Shown: positions 48,314 through 60,746 of the stretch, one piece after another
Layout: each line of letters starts with the position of its first letter
How positions within the stretch are numbered: the stretch's first letter is position 1
Source: Halarcobacter sp.
Lineage (GTDB): Bacteria; Campylobacterota; Campylobacteria; Campylobacterales; Arcobacteraceae
Direction: 5' to 3'
NCBI GenBank assembly: GCA_963676565.1
Contig: OY781089.1
Coordinates: 320,001 to 384,000, forward strand
Length of the DNA: 64,000 nucleotides
Translations under genes and position numbers: made by a program
The notes under the pieces: generated by a model
What the model was told of the DNA's origin: nothing
Seen by the model: the letters and a program-made list of their open reading frames with translations, nothing else
The model's database searches: none

Positions 48314-50382
48314 TATCTTATACTAACTTTTAATATATCTATAAAACTATCTTTAATAGTATTTATGTAGCATTTTTCTACAACATTCTTATGAAAATTA
48401 CATGCTTTTTTATATACTTCATCATCTGTTATCAAAGCACTAAGATAACAACTAAATTTTTTGTAATTATCAATAGGATAATTTTTTAAACCAATTGCAT
48501 CTAAAATTATAGTTTTATACTCTTCAAATATACCATTAAAATGTCTTTTTGACTCTGGATCATCTACAATAGTAACTATAGGTTTTCCTTTTGCTGCATA
48601 TTCTACTTTTGATACTCCTTGCCGTAAAGGAAAAGTATCTGGCATTATATCAATAATATGTGCATATATATGAGCATCAACATGACCCGGAAAATAAAAT
48701 CTATTTACTAAAGTACTATCTATATCCTTTATTTTATCTACTATTGTTTGATTATTACCACTTCCACATGCTAGATAAATTGTATTAGGATTATTCTTCA
48801 TAACTTTACATATCACTTCTAAATAATCTTGACTATCAAGTTTTATAAGTCTTCCGATAGTTCCCAAAATAACCGAATCATTAGGGAATTTAGATCTTAT
48901 TTCTTTAACAGCATTAATGCTAATATTAGGATTAAGTTGTTCTTTAGTGTGAGGAACCTGAAATCTTAAGAATTCAAAGCCTTCTATAATCTCTTTTTTA
49001 AAATCTATTGATCCATGATGAATCCTTAAATCTATACCCTTTACATTATATACATAATTTCCATGACTCCAATATATCTGCTTTTGTGCAGTTCTGTTTA
49101 CAAATAAAAAATTTACTAAAGGGAAATTATTTGTTCCAACAATCATAATATCTGTGCTATGATTAATAATAGTCTCTCTTAATTTTATAGCTTTTTTATA
49201 ATGATTCCCATAGAAACCAAATGTTTCTAAAGTATGACTATTTGGATTATAAACTTTTATTCCAAGATTTTCAAAAAGCTTTATTGCTTCTGGATCATCC
49301 TGGCTTTTTTCAAAATAATCACATGAATATATACTAATTTCATAATTAGCCTTGAACTCTTCATTTTCTAATAATGTTTTTAAAAGTGAAATTTCTACGT
49401 TTGTAACAGAAGTCATTGCAATACGATCTTTTACAAGAGCAATCTTTATTTTTTTATTATGAGTTTTTTTATACTTTAAAAGATCTCCTTTTTTATAATA
49501 TAAGGAAGCTGGATATGTTATCTCTTCATTAAATTTTTTTATCTCATTTTGTGTTTGAAAAAGATTTCCCATCACATGCCAAATGAAAAATTCTAAATAC
49601 ATAGCTTCATCCAATTGATTATTTTCAAGATGCCAAAAAAGTAAGTTTTTCAATTTAGGGTATAATTCTATCCAACTACTATGATTATGATATTCAGAAA
49701 TATTTGATATAAAATGAAGGTACCAGTTAAATAAAGATCTTCTTTCTATATTTTTTAAAGAAAAGTACTTTCCCTTACTAAGTAACTCATCCAAACATTT
49801 TAATATAAAATCCAATTTTATTTCATTATTATTATTAAAAAATTGTCTTAAAAAAGTATTGTACTCAAGATTTGTCATTTTATGAATCTGAAGTATAAAT
49901 AGCCTTTGAAGATAATTTTTTAAAAAATTACTATCAAGGGTTAATATTTCACCTAACATTATTATATCGCTTACAATTATCTGTATATCCGAACAATAAT
50001 CTAATTTTCCATATTGATCTTTTAACTGTTGTAGTATTATATTTATAAATTTATTATCTGGTTCTATATTTGGTATTTGTGATATTATTTCATGTAAATA
50101 GATAGTATCCCCCATTGGTTTGAGATTACCTGAGATATTACTTGCAAGTTGTATATATTTTTTTTGGATTTCATAAACTAATCCCAAATATTCTTTATTA
50201 TATCTAGCTTCTATATGTTTTTTGTATTCTCTTTCTATAATTATAAATAATATTATACATTGTTTAAATTCATAAAAATTAGATATAGTTTTTATACAAT
50301 TTGAAATTTTTTTTATATATTCATTTATAAAATCTCTTTTAATAAACTCTTCTAATTCAGTTTTTAACTCTGAATAGTTCAT
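48313..50382 (-). CDS. GT41/OGT-HMW1C-like glycosyltransferase with helical N-terminal region
   Basis: RTAQKQIYWSHG (cf. R.AP.Q..W.G), GTIGRLIK and DIMPDTFP..GVS..E....GKPIVT (cf. D..LDTFPY.G.TT..EAL..G.PVVT). Confidence 0.65.
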   Translation of the reverse strand: MNYSELKTELEEFIKRDFINEYIKKISNCIKTISNFYEFKQCIILFIIIEREYKKHIEARYNKEYLGLVYEIQKKYIQLASNISGNLKPMGDTIYLHEIISQIPNIEPDNKFINIILQQLKDQYGKLDYCSDIQIIVSDIIMLGEILTLDSNFLKNYLQRLFILQIHKMTNLEYNTFLRQFFNNNNEIKLDFILKCLDELLSKGKYFSLKNIERRSLFNWYLHFISNISEYHNHSSWIELYPKLKNLLFWHLENNQLDEAMYLEFFIWHVMGNLFQTQNEIKKFNEEITYPASLYYKKGDLLKYKKTHNKKIKIALVKDRIAMTSVTNVEISLLKTLLENEEFKANYEISIYSCDYFEKSQDDPEAIKLFENLGIKVYNPNSHTLETFGFYGNHYKKAIKLRETIINHSTDIMIVGTNNFPLVNFLFVNRTAQKQIYWSHGNYVYNVKGIDLRIHHGSIDFKKEIIEGFEFLRFQVPHTKEQLNPNISINAVKEIRSKFPNDSVILGTIGRLIKLDSQDYLEVICKVMKNNPNTIYLACGSGNNQTIVDKIKDIDSTLVNRFYFPGHVDAHIYAHIIDIMPDTFPLRQGVSKVEYAAKGKPIVTIVDDPESKRHFNGIFEEYKTIILDAIGLKNYPIDNYKKFSCYLSALITDDEVYKKACNFHKNVVEKCYINTIKDSFIDILKVSIR

Positions 50383-50406
50383 AACTATACTAATCCTTTT
50401 TTAACT

Positions 50407-51051
50407 TCAAAAAACTTTTTCATCACTTGCCTTTTCTATTTTTAAAATATATTTTTCTCCCCCTTTATAGAAAAATGCAGGATAATTTTCATTGTCAACT
50501 ATTCTAAAAAGATTAAATTGCTCGTTTATAGACTTTTCTATATTTAATTCACTATCTTTTGCAGTTCTTTTTTTATAAAAACTCTCTTCACCAACTTGAG
50601 GTTTAGAAGATTTATATTTTTCATAATTTTTTATAAACTCTAAGCACATTTGGATTGTTAATTCTGCTTGTTTAGCTCTAAGTTGTTTATTTAGTTCTGT
50701 GCCATCTAAAATTAAACGCTTCTTCATATAAATGTTTCCATTATCAATTCCATTTGAAGCTTCAAACATTGAAAAAACTATCTCATCTTGTCCTTCTAGA
50801 ATTTGCCAAAAAAGAGGTGCCCAACCTTTACCTTTTGGTAAATCACTTTCATGAATAACAATATTGTGTAAATTCAACTTTAAATATTTTTCTTCGATTA
50901 TTTTATGATATCCCAAAATAAATAGTATATCAAATGATTCATTCAAATTTTTATGTTCAAAAAATAATACAGAATCTCTAATCTTTAATTGTAAATCTTT
51001 TGCATAATCTACAAACCATTGATTGGGTGATGTTAAAATCGCAACTTTCAT
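50407..51051 (-). CDS. Formyltransferase-fold protein
   Basis: VIHESDLP.G.GWAP, ID.G.I and R..DNE.YPAF motifs. Confidence 0.82.
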   Translation of the reverse strand: MKVAILTSPNQWFVDYAKDLQLKIRDSVLFFEHKNLNESFDILFILGYHKIIEEKYLKLNLHNIVIHESDLPKGKGWAPLFWQILEGQDEIVFSMFEASNGIDNGNIYMKKRLILDGTELNKQLRAKQAELTIQMCLEFIKNYEKYKSSKPQVGEESFYKKRTAKDSELNIEKSINEQFNLFRIVDNENYPAFFYKGGEKYILKIEKASDEKVF

Positions 51052-51731
51052 TATTTTATTACTCTTACACTTTTAAATGCCTCAACGTATCTTTTACCAA
51101 TTCTCATACCTTGATATTTTGCATTTAATTCTATCCCTTCAACACTTCTTGGGTGGGGATATTCACACAATTCAGATGTATACTCTTTCATAGCCTCTAT
51201 TTTTAAATCAATAGTATCAGATACATCATAATATGTATCAGGAGAAAAAGATAAAGGGTAATTCCATTCAGTCGATGATAGTATCTCAAAACTATATATC
51301 TCTTTTACACATTCATTTTCCATTGGTCTTGTTGCTGTGATTACTGCTTTATAGGTTATTTGATGATCAATATTTAAATCATGCTCATAGTGGGTAAAAA
51401 TAATATCTGGTTTCACTACCTCTTTTACTTTTGATATAACTTTAATAATATCAAGCAAATCGACACTATCAAATCTATTATCAGGAAAAGTTTCGACAAA
51501 AACTTTTTTTATTCCTATGACATCATTTGCTTTTTGTATCTCATTATTTAATATTCTCATTTCATCTTTTTTATTTTCAACTAATCTTTTTTCATCCCTT
51601 GATGTTTTTCCTTCACCAAGAATCAAAGTATAAGCTTCATATCCCTCTTTAATAAGTTTAGAAACTGTACCAAAACAACCCAATACTTCATCATCAGGAT
51701 GAGCTGCAACTATTAAAATTTTTTTACTCAT
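51051..51731 (-). CDS. PIG-L/LmbE-family N-deacetylase
   Basis: AAHPDDE, FPDN, THY..D...DHQ and HPRS..EAF motifs. Confidence 0.9.
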   Translation of the reverse strand: MSKKILIVAAHPDDEVLGCFGTVSKLIKEGYEAYTLILGEGKTSRDEKRLVENKKDEMRILNNEIQKANDVIGIKKVFVETFPDNRFDSVDLLDIIKVISKVKEVVKPDIIFTHYEHDLNIDHQITYKAVITATRPMENECVKEIYSFEILSSTEWNYPLSFSPDTYYDVSDTIDLKIEAMKEYTSELCEYPHPRSVEGIELNAKYQGMRIGKRYVEAFKSVRVIK

Positions 51732-52419
51732 TCTCAATTACCTCAAATCGACCTACTAATTTATTATTTTTTAAATGTACTTCACTAAATTCAATCTTTA
51801 TTTTATCAAGATTAATATATGCTTTAGGATATCCCTCAGCATCAAGCATTCGAATAAAATCATACATTTTATTTAAAGTTTTTTCGTTAAGACCTAAAAT
51901 GTTACTTTCATCCGATTTTCTTCTTTTAAACGTTACAACCTCACCAGTTTGTTTTTGAGGTAATAAATCATTTTTTAAAAAATCAGGAATCATCTTCTCA
52001 AATATAATATTTGAAATACGAATAAAGTTTTCTTCAGCACTTCCTACACTAATATTAAAGTCATATTTTAAAAACACATCTCCCGTATCTAAACCACCAT
52101 CAACTTTAAGTGCAGATATTTTAGTTTCATAAACCTCATTCATAATTAAGTTTTGAAAAGGACTGCCTCCTCGACCATATGGTAAATCTGTCATATGAAA
52201 TACTATACATGTAAAATTATTATAAATATCATCTCTTATAATCCATGACCAATGAGGGAAAAAAATATATTTAGGATTAATTTTAGATACAAGTTCGTAT
52301 GTTAACTCTTCTTTATTAGTTATAAGATGAAATTTATATTTATTTTCATTAAATTCTTTAATCTTGAAAAAGTTTTTTATATTCCATTCTTTTATAGTTG
52401 CAATAATTATATTTTCCAT
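51724..52419 (-). CDS. Formyltransferase-fold protein
   Basis: FFPHWSW, VFHMTDLPYGRGGSP.QN, LDTG and IRMLDAEGYP motifs. Confidence 0.85.
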   Translation of the reverse strand: MENIIIATIKEWNIKNFFKIKEFNENKYKFHLITNKEELTYELVSKINPKYIFFPHWSWIIRDDIYNNFTCIVFHMTDLPYGRGGSPFQNLIMNEVYETKISALKVDGGLDTGDVFLKYDFNISVGSAEENFIRISNIIFEKMIPDFLKNDLLPQKQTGEVVTFKRRKSDESNILGLNEKTLNKMYDFIRMLDAEGYPKAYINLDKIKIEFSEVHLKNNKLVGRFEVIENE

Positions 52420-52422
52420 AAT

Positions 52423-53361
52423 TTACCTATCAGCTTTTGTTAATAGCTTAATTAATTTTTTTTGTAGCTTTATAGTGTCAAATGAATTCAAAACATCAAA
52501 ATTTTTCTTTTTTAAATATGAATATATCTCTTTTTGATTACTTGCTGTTTTTATTGCTATAAATGGAACTTTCATAAAATATATTTCATTTATAGTCACA
52601 CTTGGGGTAATTATAGCAAGATTACTTTTTGCCATTAGTTCTGCAATTTTATTTGAATTTATATGTAATCTAATCCATTTTTCATACTTACAATATTTTA
52701 CTAAACTTTTTAAATTTTTATTTGCAGTTGTTGTGACTAAATTAATTCTTATTTTTTCTTTATAAAGTTTATTAACTTTTTTTATAGTTTTTAGTATATC
52801 TACATTTATATTGCTATGATCCGCTCCACCCATTGCAATAAAAACTGAAAAAGTATTTCTATTTAAACTTCCTCTTTTTCTTTTTAATTTTTTCTTTTCA
52901 ATTAAAAATTCTTCTCTTAAAAGAGTAAATTTACTTCCACATCTTAATTCACAGTTAGGTGGTACTAAATTTTTATATTTTTTTTTACTTGCACCCATAT
53001 TGTGATTTAACAATATATCACAATGGTGTTTTTCATAAGTGTCATCAAGTACCATAATTTTTAATTCTGGATTTTTAACTTTTAATTGTTTTTCATAAGT
53101 GTAGTCAATACCATAATGATCTATTATAATCATATCAATAGATAGTTTTTTTATGAGTATTTTTACTTCTTCTATATCATTAGATTTTAGGATAACTTTT
53201 TTATATGCAGTTTCATCAATCTTATGATTCACTGACCCCTCTAGTTCTTGAGTGGCAAAAGTAATTTTTGATTTGGGATACTGTTTTGCAAGAACAAGAT
53301 CTCGCATAATATGCCCAATACCTATTTTAGATGACGAGTCTGTTCTAAAAAGAATATTCAT
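52423..53361 (-). CDS. pseG: UDP-2,4-diacetamido-2,4,6-trideoxy-altropyranose hydrolase
   Basis: FRTDSS..IG.GHIMR.LVLA, IDHY, DD, LREEF, MGGAD and TASNQ motifs; no fused GNAT domain. Confidence 0.9.
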   Translation of the reverse strand: MNILFRTDSSSKIGIGHIMRDLVLAKQYPKSKITFATQELEGSVNHKIDETAYKKVILKSNDIEEVKILIKKLSIDMIIIDHYGIDYTYEKQLKVKNPELKIMVLDDTYEKHHCDILLNHNMGASKKKYKNLVPPNCELRCGSKFTLLREEFLIEKKKLKRKRGSLNRNTFSVFIAMGGADHSNINVDILKTIKKVNKLYKEKIRINLVTTTANKNLKSLVKYCKYEKWIRLHINSNKIAELMAKSNLAIITPSVTINEIYFMKVPFIAIKTASNQKEIYSYLKKKNFDVLNSFDTIKLQKKLIKLLTKADR

Positions 53362-53362
53362 A

Positions 53363-54064
53363 TTAAAATTCTCTATTTTGTTTTAATGCAGAATACATAT
53401 ATTCAGCTCTAGTCCAATCTTCTAATGTATCTATGTCTTGCACTAAATGTCTTGGTAAAACAATAGGTATGCTATCTTTCCCAAACATTACTTCATCTGA
53501 ATTTTTACCTACTTTAGTCCAATAAAATTGTCCTGCATCTTGGTAAGCTTCTTCTAAATCTTGGCTTCTTTTCATATAATTTTCAGGCCAAAACATTTTA
53601 CATCTATTATTCTCATCTATTTTAAAAGTTCTTTGAATAGGAAAAGGCATGGAAGTGCATGAAAAAGTATTTATTGCATCACTGTTTTTTAACTTAGTAT
53701 AACCTTCCACTAAGTATTTTTCTTGAAGTAATGGAGCAGTTGCATAAATTGTGCAACAATAATCATATACTTCTCCCTTTAGTTCAAGATAGTCTATTGC
53801 ATGATTGGTTACATCACCCGTACCTGTAAAATCATCACTTAATTCTTTAGGTCTTAAAAAAGGAACTTGGGCACCATATTTTTTAGAAATTTCTGCAATC
53901 TCTTCATCATCTGTACTTACCACAACTTTTTCAAACAATTTAGATTTTAAAGCCACTTCAATACTATATGCAATTAAAGGTTTACCATGGAAATCTTTAA
54001 TATTTTTTTTAGGAATTCTTTTACTACCACCACGAGCAGGTATAATTGCAATAGATTTAGACAT
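53363..54064 (-). CDS. pseF: Pseudaminic acid cytidylyltransferase
   Basis: IPARGGSKRIPKKNIK, YATAP, RSQDL...Y.DAGQFYW and QDIDT.ED motifs. Confidence 0.92.
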   Translation of the reverse strand: MSKSIAIIPARGGSKRIPKKNIKDFHGKPLIAYSIEVALKSKLFEKVVVSTDDEEIAEISKKYGAQVPFLRPKELSDDFTGTGDVTNHAIDYLELKGEVYDYCCTIYATAPLLQEKYLVEGYTKLKNSDAINTFSCTSMPFPIQRTFKIDENNRCKMFWPENYMKRSQDLEEAYQDAGQFYWTKVGKNSDEVMFGKDSIPIVLPRHLVQDIDTLEDWTRAEYMYSALKQNREF

Positions 54065-55187
54065 TACATATCTCCAAGATTAAGTTTATTACATATATTT
54101 GTTCATCTTTTGATAAAAGAGGGTAAATAGGTAAACTTATTGCCTTTTCATAATATTCATCCATTATAGGAGTATTTTCATTCCCATATCCTAAATTTTG
54201 ATAGTATGGTTGTTTATTTATGGGAATATAGTGATATTGAAGACCAATATTTTTTTCTCTCATTTTTAAAACAAACTCTTTCTTTTCTATGTTTAGTTTT
54301 TCAAATTCAATTTTTATTACATACAAATGATATGCGCTTTCATTTGAAAAGGAGTACAAAGGAGATATTAAATCAACTGATTTAAAAAACTCATCATACC
54401 TTTTAGCGATACTTCGTCTTTTATCTAAAAAAGAATCAAGTTTTTTTAATTGAGATATTCCTAATGCACATGAGATATCAGTTAATCTATAATTAAATCC
54501 TAATTCTGTCATATCATAATGCCAAGGTGCAACTTCACTATTTGACTTCATTCCATGATTTCTTAAAAGTATAAGTTTTTCGTAAATCTCTTTTGAATTT
54601 GTAGTTATCGCCCCACCCTCTCCTGTAGTTAAACTTTTAACAGGATGAAAAGAGAATATTGAGATATCACTATTTGTGCATGAGCCAGTTTTTATACCAT
54701 TTTGAATAGCTCCAATAGCATGTGCATTATCTTCTAAAATCTTGATTTTATATTTTTCTTTTATCTCTTTTAATTTTTTTTGATTTACTTGATTACCTGA
54801 AAATGACACTACATATATAGCTTTAATAGAAGAATCTTTTTCTAATTCTTTTTCACAAAGGTCTAAATCAATATTCCCATCTTCGCAAATATCCACAAAA
54901 ACTGGTTTTGCATTTACATAAAGCACTGAATTAGAAGTTGCTAAAAATGAGTTGGGTGTTGTTAAAACTTTGTCACCATCATTTAAAAGTACAATTGAAG
55001 ATAAATGTAAAGCAGCAGTACCATTTGATACAGCCACACAATATTTTGCATCACAATATTTTGCAATTGAGTCTTCAAACTCTTTTACTTTTGGCCCTGT
55101 TGTTAAATAATCAGATTTTAAAACTTCAACAATACTATTTATATCTTCTTCATCAATAGTTTGCTTACCATAAGGGATGAAATTCAT
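54057..55187 (-). CDS. pseC: UDP-4-amino-4,6-dideoxy-AltNAc transaminase
   Basis: IPYGKQ, LTTGP, SFHPVK..TTGEGG, GFNYRLTD and HYIP motifs. Confidence 0.92.
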   Translation of the reverse strand: MNFIPYGKQTIDEEDINSIVEVLKSDYLTTGPKVKEFEDSIAKYCDAKYCVAVSNGTAALHLSSIVLLNDGDKVLTTPNSFLATSNSVLYVNAKPVFVDICEDGNIDLDLCEKELEKDSSIKAIYVVSFSGNQVNQKKLKEIKEKYKIKILEDNAHAIGAIQNGIKTGSCTNSDISIFSFHPVKSLTTGEGGAITTNSKEIYEKLILLRNHGMKSNSEVAPWHYDMTELGFNYRLTDISCALGISQLKKLDSFLDKRRSIAKRYDEFFKSVDLISPLYSFSNESAYHLYVIKIEFEKLNIEKKEFVLKMREKNIGLQYHYIPINKQPYYQNLGYGNENTPIMDEYYEKAISLPIYPLLSKDEQIYVINLILEICNV

Positions 55188-56195
<1,008 letters not shown>

Positions 56196-56290
56196 TTATA
56201 ATGATATATTTTAACTAATTTATTATTTAACTTTAATTTTAAGAGTTTATATGAGATAATTTAAATTATTAAATTTAATTAGGTTTTTAT

Positions 56291-56503
56291 ATGGCAAACA
56301 ACATTATTCCAGAAGATATTTTGAAAATTCAAAAAAAACTAGCTACTTTTGAAAAAGGGAGTAGAAATTATAAAAAATATACAAAAATACTTGCAAAACA
56401 TATAAAAAAGTTTTCTATGAAAAAAAGAGTTAATTCACATATTAAAACAATAGAAAATGTACAAAAGATTCAAGAAGGGAAATCAAAAGATAAAGAAGAT
56501 TAA
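56291..56503 (+). CDS. Small basic hypothetical protein (70 aa)
   Basis: Fills the intergenic gap; AGG RBS and TG-A-GATAAT promoter upstream; Lys-rich. Confidence 0.7.
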   Translation: MANNIIPEDILKIQKKLATFEKGSRNYKKYTKILAKHIKKFSMKKRVNSHIKTIENVQKIQEGKSKDKED

Positions 56504-56593
56504 AAATAAATATTGCAATTTGCAATATAAGTAACTACTTTAAAAATAATTCGCTAAAATTCCAACATAAAATAAAACACAGGACACAAAACA

Positions 56594-57628
56594 ATGGATG
56601 ATAATCAAAAAAAATCATTAGAACTAGCTATTAAACAAATTGATAAAACATTTGGTAAAGGAACTTTAATTAGACTTGGGGATAAAGAAGTTGTTCCAAC
56701 GGAATCAATATCAACAGGATCATTAGGACTTGACTTAGCACTTGGTGTTGGTGGTCTTCCAAAAGGAAGAGTAGTAGAAATCTATGGACCTGAATCATCA
56801 GGTAAAACAACTTTAACTTTACATGCTATTGCAGAAGCTCAAAAAGCTGGTGGAGTATGTGCTTTTATTGATGCAGAACATGCACTAGATGTTATTTATG
56901 CAAAAAATCTTGGTGTTGATACAGATAATCTACTTGTATCTCAACCAGATTTTGGTGAGCAAGCCTTAGAAATTCTAGAAACTGTTATTAGAAGTGGAGC
57001 CGTTGATTTAGTTGTAGTTGACTCAGTTGCAGCACTTACTCCCAAAGTTGAAATTGATGGAGATATGGATGACCAACAAGTTGGTGTTCAAGCTAGACTT
57101 ATGAGTAAAGCACTTAGAAAAATTACTGGTCTTTTAAACAAAATGCACTGTACCGTTATCTTTATTAACCAAATTAGAATGAAAATTGGTATGACGGGTT
57201 ATGGATCTCCAGAAACCACTACTGGTGGAAATGCATTAAAATTCTACTCTTCTGTTAGACTAGATATTAGAAGAATTGCAACTTTAAAACAAGGTGAAAA
57301 TTCTATTGGTAATAGAGTAAAAGTTAAAGTTGTTAAAAATAAAGTTGCGCCACCATTTAAACAAGCTGAATTTGATATTATGTTTGGTGAAGGTGTGTCA
57401 AAAATGGGTGAACTTATTGATTATGGTGTAAAACTTGACATTGTTGATAAAGCAGGAGCATGGTTTAGCTATGAAGATACAAAAATTGGTCAAGGTAAAG
57501 AAAACTCAAAAGTATTCTTAAAAGAAAACCCTCAAATAGCTAAGGAAATAGAAGAAAAAATTTTAGTAGCCATGGGAATTAATGATGCAATTATTCAAGG
57601 TGAAGAAGAAACTACAGAAGAAGATTAA
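56594..57628 (+). CDS. recA: Recombinase RecA
   Basis: [27 protein letters not shown] and GGNALKFY motifs. Confidence 0.99.
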   Translation: MDDNQKKSLELAIKQIDKTFGKGTLIRLGDKEVVPTESISTGSLGLDLALGVGGLPKGRVVEIYGPESSGKTTLTLHAIAEAQKAGGVCAFIDAEHALDVIYAKNLGVDTDNLLVSQPDFGEQALEILETVIRSGAVDLVVVDSVAALTPKVEIDGDMDDQQVGVQARLMSKALRKITGLLNKMHCTVIFINQIRMKIGMTGYGSPETTTGGNALKFYSSVRLDIRRIATLKQGENSIGNRVKVKVVKNKVAPPFKQAEFDIMFGEGVSKMGELIDYGVKLDIVDKAGAWFSYEDTKIGQGKENSKVFLKENPQIAKEIEEKILVAMGINDAIIQGEEETTEED

Positions 57629-57654
57629 TCAAAGAGAATATTCTCTTTGATTAA
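57625..57654. terminator. Perfect 30-bp palindrome after recA
   Basis: ttaatcaaagagaatattctctttgattaa. Confidence 0.65.
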
Positions 57655-57771
57655 AATCATAAAAATTAAGACTTAACCTATTCATAATCTTTCAAAATAC
57701 TTTTATAAAAGCAATTACCAATGAAAATTTTAGTAGAATATACCAATTTTATTCAAAATAGGAGACCATAA

Positions 57772-59046
<1,275 letters not shown>

Positions 59047-59049
59047 TTT

Positions 59050-59292
59050 ATGAAAGAAAATAGTGGTATTATAAAAAAATTTTCGATAATGGCAACAGTT
59101 TCTGTTGCTATTACGATATTTCTTGGATATCATGTCTCAAATGTTCTTTTTGGAGATAACTCTTTAGAGGTTTATAACTCTTTAAAACATAAAAAAGAGT
59201 ATCTTCAAAGTGAAATAAAAAGATTACAACAAGAAAATGCTTATTTACAAAAAGAGTATTTTGAATTAAAAAACTTGGAGCCTGAGGAATGA
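59050..59292 (+). CDS. ftsB: FtsB/DivIC-like septum formation initiator
   Basis: One TM followed by FG..SL and a coiled coil; conserved position after eno. Confidence 0.7.
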   Translation: MKENSGIIKKFSIMATVSVAITIFLGYHVSNVLFGDNSLEVYNSLKHKKEYLQSEIKRLQQENAYLQKEYFELKNLEPEE

Positions 59293-59954
59293 AAAAACTA
59301 TTTACACTTCTACTTTTACTATCTGTTAGTTTAATTGCTAGGGAAAACCCTTTTGAAGCAACAAATACATATCAAGAAGAAGCAGCAAGACTTATTGAAA
59401 TAAATGAACCTGAAGAGGATTATGCAGTTGAATTTCAACAAGAGCAACACTATGTTAAAGAGATGTATGAAAAAATGAATAAGCCTGAGCCTGAGGTTAA
59501 GCCAGTTACTGAAGAAAAAGTTAAACAAATGATTGAAAAGGCAAAAAAAGAAGTTAAACCTAAGACAATCATAAAAAAAGAAATAATTATAAAAGAACCA
59601 AAACAAGAAGTTGTTTATGTAAAACCAAGACTTGATATTACAAATGAAAAAGAATTACTTCCTTTTGTAAAAATCGAATACGATAATGATAAATTAGATA
59701 TTCATACAAAATATAAAGTTATAAAGAAAATGACACTTCCAGGGAAAAAGAAAATTATTATAGATTTTAGTGCGAAGGAAAATTTTTATACTATTAGAGA
59801 AAATTTAAACTCTACAAACTTCCCAAAAATTGCAGTTGGAAATCATAAAAATGAGAACTATTTTAGAATAGTTGTAGAACTTGCAAATATGCCAGAAGAT
59901 TATGAAGTTACTTACGATGATAAGATGGTAAGTATTATTAAGCTTTATGAATAA
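59289..59954 (+). CDS. Exported AMIN-domain protein (CgpA-like)
   Basis: Signal peptide + ARENPF; C-terminal KIIIDF..VGNH...FRIVVEL AMIN pattern. Confidence 0.75.
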   Translation: MKKLFTLLLLLSVSLIARENPFEATNTYQEEAARLIEINEPEEDYAVEFQQEQHYVKEMYEKMNKPEPEVKPVTEEKVKQMIEKAKKEVKPKTIIKKEIIIKEPKQEVVYVKPRLDITNEKELLPFVKIEYDNDKLDIHTKYKVIKKMTLPGKKKIIIDFSAKENFYTIRENLNSTNFPKIAVGNHKNENYFRIVVELANMPEDYEVTYDDKMVSIIKLYE

Positions 59955-59957
59955 TCT

Positions 59958-59995
59958 TTAAAGGTTTAGTAAAACTCTTTTTCCTAAACCTTTAA
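59958..59995. terminator. Bidirectional terminator between convergent genes
   Basis: 12-bp IR ttaaaggtttag ... ctaaacctttaa. Confidence 0.65.
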
Positions 59996-60655
59996 GATAT
60001 ACCCCTGCCCTTTTAAAGTTTCAATATCTAATTCAGGAACTTTTTTTCTTAGTCTAAAAAGTAATTGCCTTCTATTTTCATCATTTGTAATATTAGTATG
60101 CCACAATACTAAATCTACATATTCATTTGTTATTATAGTATTTTTATTTTGTATTAGTATGTGTAAAAATTGTTCTTCTTTTTTGGTCAGAATTATTCTC
60201 TCATCATTCTTTAATAAGCTTTTATTTTGTATATCATACATATATCCATTGTTTAATTCTATTGGTTTAATATTATCATTTAAACCAAAACGAAATGTTG
60301 CAAGTTTTACCTCTCTTAACAGATGACTATCTAAATAGGGTTTTACTATATATCCTGTAAAGTTTACATTAGAAGCCTCTGCTAGTGTCGAATCATCATG
60401 GTATGAAGTTAAAAATATAACAGGAACATTAAAGTTTTTTTGAATCAATTGAGCTGTTTCAATTCCATTTAAATCACCTTTTATATTTATATCTGCAATG
60501 ATTAAATCTATATCATTTTGAAACATTACATCTATTGCTTGTTCACTTCTACTAGCTATTGATACTACATTATAGCCTGCTATATTCAAGGTTCTTTTCA
60601 TTTTTTGTGCTGCAAGCATCATATCTTCAATAATTAATATATTAATCTTTTTCAT
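59984..60655 (-). CDS. Response regulator (REC + OmpR/PhoB-type wHTH)
   Basis: LIIED, DLIIADI...G...GI, FLTS, KP and LTKKE...RLRKK...GQGY motifs. Confidence 0.9.
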   Translation of the reverse strand: MKKINILIIEDMMLAAQKMKRTLNIAGYNVVSIASRSEQAIDVMFQNDIDLIIADINIKGDLNGIETAQLIQKNFNVPVIFLTSYHDDSTLAEASNVNFTGYIVKPYLDSHLLREVKLATFRFGLNDNIKPIELNNGYMYDIQNKSLLKNDERIILTKKEEQFLHILIQNKNTIITNEYVDLVLWHTNITNDENRRQLLFRLRKKVPELDIETLKGQGYILKV

Positions 60656-60661
60656 TCTTTA

Positions 60662-60694
60662 ATTGTAACACTTCAACGTTATAATCTTCGTTAT
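60662..60694 (-). promoter_or_regulatory. Promoter of the response regulator with a tandem direct repeat
   Basis: Minus strand ATAACG-N6-ATAACG-N9-TACAAT-N6-ATG. Confidence 0.6.
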
Positions 60695-60746
60695 AAATTA
60701 AATATATTATTTTTTTTATGTTAAACTTCCTTAAAAAAAGAGTTTT

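Noticed and set aside
50385..50423. Tiny ORF MKKFFEVKKGLV overlapping the formyltransferase stop, as a possible cassette-junction relic
   Set aside because: Too short to distinguish from chance; the GT41-like gene has its own RBS
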